A DNA stretch of 64,000 bases, taken from assembly GCA_000320545.1 (NCBI GenBank), contig ADNK01002265.1, positions 2,878 through 66,877 of the forward strand. Direction: 5' to 3'. Positions 54,581 through 64,000 of the stretch are shown here, piece by piece. The translations under genes were made by a program, and so were the position numbers. The stretch comes from Bigelowiella natans CCMP2755 (lineage: Eukaryota > Protista > Cercozoa). Below the pieces are notes generated by a model. That model made no database searches. It was not told the origin of the DNA and saw only the letters and a program-made list of their open reading frames with translations. Numbering within the stretch: the first letter of the stretch is position 1; the number at the start of each line of letters is the position of its first letter.

Positions 54581-55645
54581 GATATTATAGTTTTCACGCA
54601 CATTTACAATACACATTTAAATTGATAGGACGGCCTCAAAGAAGAAGACCATTCTCGTAAAGCGTCAATCCTTGAAGATATTAGTGACAAACAAACCGGT
54701 TCTAAAAAACATGCCGAAGATTCATCGGCTGCGGTTGAAGGAAAAGCATCAATACCATCCATGATAGAAAATGAGAAATCTGAGGAATTGGGTACTGATC
54801 AGCCCATTACTGAGAAATCCAGAAAGAATTCTACAGAAATTAAGTCTGATAAAAACAAAAATGATTACGCGGATGAAAATGGAGTTGAAAGCAAGGATAG
54901 CAGCAACCTTCCACTCGAGGCAGAAAGGAAAATGCCGGAAGAAGTGGATCAAGCAGGTAAAGAAGGGGGGGAAATGCCGGAAGAAGTAGATCAAGCAGGT
55001 AAAGAAGGGGGAATGAGTCCAAATGACAAGGAAAAAGTTAAAGAAGTGAACGAAGATGTACCAAAAAAAGTGAATCAAGCAGATAAAGAAAAAGAAAAGG
55101 GTGCAGAGGATAATAATAAGGAGGAAATTAAAGACATTAATAAGGATAAGCCGGAAGAAATAGATCAAGCAGATAAAGAAGGGAAAAATAAAAATGATCA
55201 GAAGGAGGAACAAAAAGGAAGCCCAAATCGTAAGACTGAGGGTATCTCGGACTTGGATGAGCAGCAAACATCTAAAGAGAAGGATCAAGAGGCTTCAAAT
55301 AAATTGGATGGAGTGGTTGATAAGAACAGGGAGATACAACCAGGAGGCAAGAAGGAAAGCGTCGATTCACAAGCTTCCAAAAATGTCACACAGCAAGAGA
55401 TGGATATTGAATTGAAGGGGAAAGCCAATACGGAACTGAAACAAACCGCTGAGAGCGATAACACTGAACAAGGCAAGATGAGCAATATGAAAGAAACAGA
55501 AAAAGGTGTGAAAGACGATGATGGTGGCAAAAAAACTTCTCAACATGTTATCAAAGAAGATAATAAGCCCAAGCTAAAAAAACTTAATGAGGAGGAGCAA
55601 GCTCAAGTTGCTGCAACACCCAATTCGTGTTGCATTGTTTCCTGA
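52730..55645 (+). CDS. Tandem PH-PH-PDZ protein with charged tail and C-terminal CaaX
   Basis: PH1 MEGMLQKRGAYNKDYKSRHFRLY...RTYYIKA...KWIVAL; PH2 LSGFLLKRGAFNKSYNKRFFQLT...RTYYLKAESEKDYRVWIKAM; PDZ GHPFGIRV...AKKAGIKVGDRIAVIAG...PFKMRL; E/K-rich tail ending in NSCCIVS*. Confidence 0.9.
54930..55011 (+). repeat. 42-bp coding tandem duplication (MPEEVDQAGKEGG x2), with degenerate copies downstream
   Basis: Near-identical DNA copies; related KVNQADKE and EIDQADKE units follow. Confidence 0.85.
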
Positions 55646-55829
55646 AGAACACGAGCAAAGCACAATCGTTATCGCGTGTGCAATGCAAAATGCTTTCATC
55701 CATCAGGATTTACTTTCACACAAATCAATAATTTATTAATATCTTGCTCAGTCCATGCAGCATGATCAATGATGTCTCAGAACAGTTAAAAGTCAATACA
55801 TACACAAATTATAACTTTCAACATGGAGC

Positions 55830-57095
55830 ATTGAAGTTTGAACTTGGTCACTTCAATCACTGTAGTCTGATGAAACGCACTTCGCATTGCCACCTGCTTT
55901 TGTCTGCATGAGCATCTTGATGAAAATCGACAAATGCGATTCTAATTTTTTGCTACCTGTTCTAGTGTTTGCGTGTTTCCTCATAAACACCTAGTCAGAT
56001 CTAGAGATGTCACGGCACCAGTTTTGCGTTCATGTGGTCGCGGATCGTTTTGGCTGCAGCATGCAAAATCGTTGAAAAAGACTTCTGCTTTTGTGCACCC
56101 AGGTCAGCACTGCTCCAGATCGGTCGTTGCTAGTGTTGGAACGCATGTACGAAATAAAAGGGAGAAAATCGGTTTTCCTTTCCTCAGGTTTTTCCAGATT
56201 AACTTCCAAGGGCAAAGAGATTTGGATGGTTGTGACATGACGCTGCACATCAGTGCTAGAGTGGAGACTGCTCAGTTTGCAGTTCACAACAGATCCAGCT
56301 GGTCTACACGATGAACGTTCTACTCATGTGCCTGCGTGTCCAGATGTCATTGCCTACTGCGAAGTTGCGGGAACAATTTTTGCGCAGACATTGAGAGTTG
56401 CACATTGAACGCATGCGAGTGATGAACATGAACAATGTGAAGTGCATTGAATGTATGCATTGCATCGACCTGTGCAAATTTGCCCAGCTAGCAAGTTGTC
56501 ATTGCTCACGTTCAGGTTTCAAGAGTCCACACTGTGAACACCAAGCCATGCATGATCCTTTCGACTGTGCCAATGGAAAGTTTCACTTGTTCATTGTTCA
56601 TGCTGTGGAACATTAAAGCGTTGAACGAATCATCGATGCAATCAAGCTGGCCAGCTAGCAAGAATCGTCTAGCCGTGTGTTCACTGTTCTACTGAACAAG
56701 TGAACGAGCTGATTCCAATTTCCAATGCTGAAATGGCACTTGGAATGACGACAGGATGACAGCTAGACAGGACTGGAGGAGAACTTCGGACAATGGACCC
56801 TACACTTCGCATTGATCCAAGATGAGGATGAAGATGAACAAAGCATTGATCAAATCTATATGCGCTAGAACCACAGGGATACAAGCATTTGTGCTTGCAC
56901 GCAGCAGCGTTTCCACCTCCTTGCACATCCTTTGACTCCCCAATTGACAGGAGCATTGAACATCGAACAGGAACCAAGCGTCACTTGCTGTGTCATTTCA
57001 TCCTTACGACAGCGCAAACGGGTTGTCGTCGCAACAAATGACGGACGAAAAGGTGAGATGAAGCCAACTTTTGTCAGGAGATGCAGCATGTTGAT
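55830..57095. other. TpA-depleted intergenic tract downstream of the PH gene
   Basis: 56221-56820: 5 CTAG, 5 CTAC and only 2 other TpA. Confidence 0.8.
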
Positions 57096-58269
57096 GCCGA
57101 TTTTATATTATTTATTTTAAATAATTAGTCGCAAATCGAATAGCAACTTCTTTTACTTTGCTGGAGCACTGGTTAATAATGGCCCACCTCCCCGATAGAC
57201 AGGCATCGTAGCGCAGCAAGCAGAACAGGTGGCTGTCTCGATGAAGAGAAAGGTAATCATGTCCCCTTATTTTTCTTCGCAATGGGTATGCAGTATTCGT
57301 AAACTTTGCGCCGTATTGTACGCAGAAGCAAGCACCCGAGAGCTGCAGATCTCTCACCGTGATATCCATTTTGCTGGAGAGCTTTCCCGGGTTGCGTAAC
57401 AAAACGAAACTCTCACGAATTCCTCACGATTGTAAAAACTAACGCTCACTCAAATCACGTACACAAATCTCAGTCTTCTCAGGCCACCGGCCCTTATATC
57501 ACTTGAGTGCACGTGCCAGTATTTCCACCAGCCCCGCCGTCGTTTGCGTTCTTCGTCTAGGGTACTATTTCTCAATTTAATTGTTACATCTTCCTGATTA
57601 GCGAGGCATCTCGTTGGCTCCGTGTAAGATATTACACTTTGTACTAATAATGGCAATCCCCGCAAGAGCTTCTTCTTCCCGTGACCTTGCCCTCGCATTG
57701 TGGTCATGTGCCAAAGCAATTGCAGATGCCTTACTCCTAACCCTTAACTAATACTAAATAACAGGTGTCCATTAAGCCCTTGTCACGTATCGAAGTGGCC
57801 GCTAAAGAAGCAACGCGTCAAATCTTATCCGCTAGCAAAGTCACTCGCTTTCCAGGAGAACAATGGAAGGCCATACACTATCTCATTTTCAAGCTGGCTA
57901 GTGCACATTTGACTGCGTGTTTACACGGATCTCCTGGTCACGACAAAGCTGTTCAAAGTGCGTAAAAGAGAAAAATGCAAATGATTTTAGAGATAGGAAA
58001 ACATAGAGGGGGGGGTTGTTATGAAAGAATTGGATTCTTATTTTCTGAAAGAGACGCGAGCAAAGGAAACAATAATACTGAAGAGAGCTGCTCTCTTTAT
58101 GAACCAAAAACTAAAGATCCCAACTGTGAGGCTAACAACTGTCTTTCATACTGCTTTTGGCAACTGTCTTTCATACTGCTTTTGGAAAATATGTCATTGG
58201 TGAATTTTTTTAATAATATTTTGCTCTTTATCGCAATTACACGCTGAAACGGATTAAGAATAAAAAATA

Positions 58270-58311
<42 letters not shown>

Positions 58312-59101
58312 TGTTCTATTCAAATATGCACGAACATATCTAGGCCCTCCTCCTACCCGTATTGCACTGCGCTCAGCAGGAAGGTTCTATAGCCCTTGTT
58401 GCAACCATGAATCATTCAAAAGATAAGGATAGGAGAAGAATAGATAGAATAGCACTTTCAATGGGGGGAGGATGACCGGCAAGGGGGGGGACAAGGGAGT
58501 GGCAATACACAACCATTGTACAACAGATCTTTCGATACGAAGTGATATCTTAGAGCCCTTGGTACTACTTGATAGGGTGCTTCAAATTATCGATGAAAGC
58601 AAAGACGAAGAAGAAGATAATCGTTCTTCCAAAGAGGGCCTCGTAGCCGCCACAAAGCAGTTTCGAGCCTGGTTAAGTACACTGAGCGCTAGAGGCCTGG
58701 ACTACAAGCGGCTGCTTTCGCCCCATAGAGTGCTGAGAGTAGGTGCGTGTACACATATGCTTGTCTATCTTTCAATAAGCATAGAGGCATGATTCGAGCA
58801 ATTATTAAAGGCACTCGTTTATCGGTAAGAGAATAACCCTGAGACTTCAAATTAGGCGAGCTTCTGGCAGAACTTGGAGAATTCGGTCAATCCGTGAGAT
58901 TGATGGACCAGAGCTTTCCTCCTCCTCCTCCTACTACTACTACGACTAAGAAATCAACAGCGACAAAGCAACCATCAACAGCCGCATCACGTATTACCAC
59001 AGCTGTGACTTCTATTCTCAACCGCATCGTAGGTAGGAATGGCTGAGCAGAAAGGAGGAAGAGGAGGAGGAGAAGGAGGATTCTTGAGAGTGATAGGAAG
59101 G

Positions 59102-59139
<38 letters not shown>

Positions 59140-59283
59140 AATAATTCAGTATTCATGTATTGGTGTGCGTTGTGTGTTGTTTCTGCAGCACTCGCTTTAG
59201 AGCGTACTAACCCTCTCATACCATCTCAGAATAGTTATAGTAGTAGAAGTAGTAGTAGTAGTGTAGTAGTAGTAGTAGCACAA

Positions 59284-59323
<40 letters not shown>

Positions 59324-59605
59324 CGCCTCAGGTGCGCCGAGCAGCTCAAGCACCGATATCGAAGGCAACCAAGGAGGAGAAAAGAAGAATCCGGAAGAAG
59401 GCGCAGTACCTCCAGGGATTGTAGTCGATTTGTTGGAAGCCAAAGGGAGAATTCTCATCAAAGAACTCTACAGCTCGACGTATGTGATGACGCTGTAACA
59501 CGACAACAGCAAAGATCCATCAGAAATGAAATGGTGATAGGTCTGTTGGGGTTGTGGAGGAGCGTTTGATGATACACACACATCTCATGATAAATCAACC
59601 TAGCA

Positions 59606-59643
<38 letters not shown>

Positions 59644-60368
59644 GCACACGCGCACATGCCGAAGCCCGCAGGGTTGAATTTGTCAAAGAGGCCATCATCC
59701 ATGGCTGAAGTTGCATGGTACTCTAGGTATGTTACAGATAGAGCTGCAGATCGCCGATCATTAAGGTGTCAGTATATCTCTTTTTCCTTCCTTCAATATG
59801 AATATGTTATTATTCTAAAAAACATGATGGTTCTCGACGTTAAATCTACTGTCCTAAAACAATATTTGCACTAGTAATGCCGTTCAATCCGCGAGAGAGG
59901 CAAAGCTGTCGCAAAAGAGGCGTCTCAGTGCCTTTGAAGCGAAGGGTGAGATATATGTTGAAGATGGATATTTTTGATGATAAGCAATGGCTGATTGTTA
60001 GATACGACTACTCCTTATCCTTGTTCTTCAGCGGTTATACGCACAAACACGTAAACACACGTGCACGTAAATCCAAAGCAAATAATGAAGCAGCATTATT
60101 CGCGCAATAGGCCTTCCTGTACCCCTGGAAGATTGCTTGAGGTTCCTTGCTTGCAGGGAGACTCTCGGTAGGGCTCTGGCACTTGCAGGGCAGTATGGAT
60201 TTATGATATCTGGCTTCATCTCTCGGAGGGTACTACATGCATCACGATTGATGGCAATACTCTCTGTGTGCAATGAACGTGTGTTTCTTGTGCGGATGCT
60301 GTCTTGTGGGTAGGCCTTGTGGCCTGCACTTCTCCTACCATCGAATGGGCAGCAGAAACAATGTGCGA

Positions 60369-60403
<35 letters not shown>

Positions 60404-61195
60404 GTGTGTATCTGTGTGCGTCTGTGGGCCGATCCCCATATTATTAGCGTTGACATTAGTGTGTTGGTACTACGGTGCTTGTACTTCAATGCAGTCCGCA
60501 CTTGAGGCGTTTAACGAGGCTGACCGGGAATTGAAATATTGCATAAATACCTGGAGACGTCGGGTTGATGGAGAGGAGCTGCAGGGGCAAGGGGAGATGT
60601 CGGTACCCAAACCATCGTCATATGCTGCTAAGCCATCATCATCATCATCATCATCTGCTACTTCCCCCCGAGAGCACAAACTACCTAAAGATGACGATGC
60701 GAAATTGCCTGGTCAATCGAAGCAAGGAGAGCAGCAAGGGCAAAGGAGTGCATTGTCCGCTACATCCTCCTCTGACATCAAAGGACTAGCTGTTTCCTTA
60801 GCAGGTAGGATGATGCGTTGTCGGGGGCACACCTCTGCCTCTTGCCTTTTGCCTAAGTACAATAATCTGAGCATGCAGCCTGCTTCTTCTTTCTGCCTTT
60901 GTTGTTGATGGTGAAATTGTTTAATTCAATCGAATTTAACCGCCTCCCCCAGCCCTAGCGGAATTGCGGTATTGCCAAGGCAGCGTGAGATCACCACTGG
61001 TAAGATATGTGATACATCCTTGCATTCGTAAGAGGAAGAGGGGGGGGGGGGAGGTCATGTGAATGGACGGTGATAGCATCGTAATCGATGTCTCTAGTTT
61101 TTATACCTTCTTCTCCTTTTTTGCCAAAAACGACAACTTATCGACTCTGACTTCCTCGTGTCCTTCATTGTTCGTGTTACAGAGTACATAGTCAA

Positions 61196-61253
<58 letters not shown>

Positions 61254-61477
61254 CACATGCACATACTTCTCCGCAGGTGTTTGGGGGTACACTCAGCCGT
61301 GAGGAGATAGCTATGCAATCGATTGACTTGTTCAATGAAGCGCTAACGCTGATGGAGAAGGTTCTGTTCAGCTAGCATCGATACAGTCAAGATACTAGCT
61401 AAGAACAATCAGCATTATTGCACCAATTCAATTTACGATGTAGAGCCGAGAGATACATAGACGTCAGCATATTATAA

Positions 61478-61515
<38 letters not shown>

Positions 61516-62334
61516 CATATATAACATATAAGTAGGTTGGGGCAGAGGAGACACCTGAGTGCATAGAGATCATGAAAGATTTAGGTGATGATAAGAGCGA
61601 TGTAGTTGTTAAGGATTAGATTACCACACACATATGCAACCAAGCACTAGAAAGCCAGGATGATCACATCTCCCTAGGCTAATAAATATACGACTAGAAG
61701 TCTTCTGCTGCTTTCCATCTCATATCTTCACAAATTATATAATCGTGTTTTGTTGTTTCTATTGCTTAAGATGATCCGACTTGATTTCATTAGTATTAAT
61801 TTTTAAATTAATATGAGGCTATTCCTTGTCGCCCTTTGCTAATTTCTCGTCGTTTGGCTTACGAGTCTCATCATCCCTGATTATAGGTAAAGTGTACAGC
61901 TGGAATGCTCGGAGAGGTGGCGACCCAAGGCACCTGGCAAAGGGCCAGACGATATTGCGAAGGGTTGGTAACAAATGCAAGATAGTTCATCAGCACTATA
62001 CTTCCGTTGTAGCGCTAATCTTTGCCCCTTGTTGGCTTTTTTGATCTCCTTAGGCACACCGGATCCAACTTAATCTACGCGGCTCAGGACATCCAAATAC
62101 TTCCAACATCAGGTGCCAACAACACGTTTGTTTCCGCTTGTTGGCCCCTTGCCTATCAACTAACACGTCGTGAGAACCCTAGGATTGTGGAGGAGCTTCC
62201 CCCTCCTCTCTCTTGTTGTTTCACGAGTCGTGTCGTATCGTTACAGGAGACTGGCTGGAGAGAGAATTGCTATTGATGATGACGATGACGAAGACGATGA
62301 TGATGGTTCTGGTGAGGATTCAAGTACTGCATAA
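56932..62334 (+). CDS. Multi-exon alpha-helical repeat / TPR-like protein (5' end uncertain)
   Basis: Exons include DLALALWSCAK, TLGRALALAGQY, SIDLFNEALTLMEKVGAEETPECIEIMKDLG, and ILRRAHRIQLNLRGSGHPNTSNIRRL (kinesin-light-chain-like TPR G..HP.T motif). The acidic tail ends at TAA 62332-62334. Confidence 0.55.
58136..58185. repeat. 25-bp perfect tandem duplication (intronic)
   Basis: caactgtctttcatactgcttttgg x2. Confidence 0.9.
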
Positions 62335-62499
62335 GGCAATGATATTGATAAAAATCAAAATCTGCCATGTACGGATAGAGCAAATTAATAGGCCAGAAGA
62401 GGACGCTGCTGCAGTCCGAAAATGGTGGGCGTTTGAGTTCCGCATCACATCCAGAAAGAACAGCGAATTTCGTCGCATATGCATTTCAGCACTATTTAC

Positions 62500-63050
62500 T
62501 GGTCAATGCAATGTGCAAAGTATTTGATCGTGCATGCATGTGCGTGCGCGCACCTGCATGTGCTGTACATGTCAATTTAAAAACGCTGAATTGCAACCAA
62601 ATCATTTCGCGTACGTGAAGAGAGACGATACATCTAGTCCTGTGAGCTCTGTTGCGCACTGCTATTAATGTCATTGCGCCATCATGTCCCTTCCACACGC
62701 ATGAAATTCTATATGGCTGTGCTGGCTTTGTGAATGCCTTAAATATTGTCAAGAAACTTATCGTAGCGTCTCATCGTTTTCTCGCATGGTTAACTTTGCA
62801 CCCATGCATGCTAGCGTGCTAGCGCACCTAACAAATGCGATGCGCATGCCAATTTAGCAATGGGATAAGTTAGCTTTTACATTGCTAGATTGCGTGAGAA
62901 CGACTGCGAATACGCACTAGCGCATATTGCGAGCAATAGAATGAGCTGCTTCATTGCTGGAGCGCTAGCATTGCTAGATTGGCCGATCTAGCGATCTGTA
63001 ATGCAGTATAGTAATACTTGATTGTGGTCAATTTAGCTATTTGGCTGCAG
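62500..63050. other. GCTAG/TGCA-rich convergent intergenic tract (weaker TpA depletion)
   Basis: Repeated gctagc and gcatgc words between the 62334 stop and the opposing gene. Confidence 0.55.
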
Positions 63051-63149
63051 CAAAACAAACCGAAGGTCTTGAGGGTCGGAGGGATCCTGGCAAGATGAGA
63101 AGCGTTAGAATAATACTACCATGATTAGACAGTGATCAAAAGCTTGGCA

Positions 63150-63491
63150 ATGCTTTCAACAGAATATACAGAGCGATGTCTTTTATGATATCATACACAC
63201 ATGTACACGCTGAGCCCTTAACTATTTATTGCGAGTAGAATTTTGAACCTGACCTGCACATCCAACTCTACATACCATGCGTCTTTCACACGAGACGTTC
63301 CTGGCCTTATTTCCTCCTCTTCCTCTTCCTCTTCCTCTTCTTTCTCCTCCTCCCCATCCTTCTTCTCCTCTCCACGAGCCTGTGATATTCGTATGCAGTT
63401 TTGTTATGATTGATCATCCCGTTTTTCGCCTTCCTTCCACCATTGAGCGTGGAATGAATACACACACAAACTCACACACAAACACACACAA

Positions 63492-63522
<31 letters not shown>

Positions 63523-63712
63523 TGACTATGTATAAATGTGTATCTAACATCCTCATTGTTCATCGCGAAATACCTCCTCCCCCCCCCTCTCCACATCGGC
63601 GCCCTTCGCATCATGGTCATCTTGACTCTTGCCAGTCTTGCGGTGTTTCTTGCTACCAAGCATTGCCTTCGCACTCGGTCCTACCCGAAGATACCTCTTG
63701 CATGGAGATAAC
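63150..63712 (-). CDS. 3'-terminal exons of a minus-strand gene continuing beyond the window (unknown product)
   Basis: Minus-strand acceptor near 63712 and donors near 63545 and 63275 flank purine-rich, coding-like segments. Confidence 0.3.
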
Positions 63713-64000
63713 CTATCGATGGGAGGAGCAACGGGGAGGGCGAGGGGGGGGGGGGGGGGGGGGGGGGGGTTTTGGAAAAAAAAAGGGGGGGGGGCCCCCC
63801 CCTTTTTTTCATTCAGGGGCAAAACCCCCCCCTCCCCGGTGGCCGGGGTTTAAAACCCCTTGGGGGGAAAAAACCCCCCCGGGGGAATCTGGGCCTTTTT
63901 TCCGGGAAAAAAAAATAAATTGTGGGACAAAAAAAATGTGAAAAACTTCGCCCCCGGGAAGTCCCCTTTTGCAAAGAAAGTGTTCTTAAAAAGGGGGGTA

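Noticed and set aside
57716-57764. Possible GC-AG intron after LWSCAK and an OPR/RAP-type assignment
   Set aside because: The donor context is weak, alternative GT sites exist, and a single motif is insufficient to call the family.
63730-64000. G/C/A/T homopolymer-rich stretch and the ORFs crossing it
   Set aside because: It follows a long poly-G and looks like degraded read sequence, so it is treated as a probable sequencing or assembly artefact.

Overview
This is eukaryotic nuclear DNA: AT-rich, intron-dense (GT-AG introns from 27 nt to several hundred nt), standard genetic code, and very rich in microsatellites. The style resembles chlorarachniophyte/rhizarian genomes, but that assignment is inference only. 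Manual splicing gives about ten genes, in order: prominin/Tweety-like 5-TM protein (-); a ~23 kb, ~42-exon gene for a ~3,800-aa protein (hydrophobic leader, Tudor-like barrel, ankyrin repeats, La motif, PDZ, three copies of an RxDPxDG..EF..Y..EW motif, GNAT-like segment) (+); RING-finger protein (-); claudin/amastin-like 4-TM protein (+); small TPR protein (-); MAP kinase with a TQY loop (+); PRCC homolog (-); PH-PH-PDZ-CaaX protein (+); helical-repeat/TPR protein (+); and the 3' end of a minus-strand gene. Genes mostly alternate strand as head-to-head pairs. The most striking unexplained signal is that every spacer downstream of gene 3' ends is depleted of TpA, except TpA in CTAG or its CTA/TAG half-sites, while CpG is retained and CA/TG is in excess. 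Divergent promoter spacers and introns stay TpA-rich. This suggests a context-specific, region-targeted TpA->CpA/TpG mutational process, possibly driven by a DNA base modification or deaminase at termination zones. All exon structures and counts were made by eye and need RNA-seq or computational confirmation.
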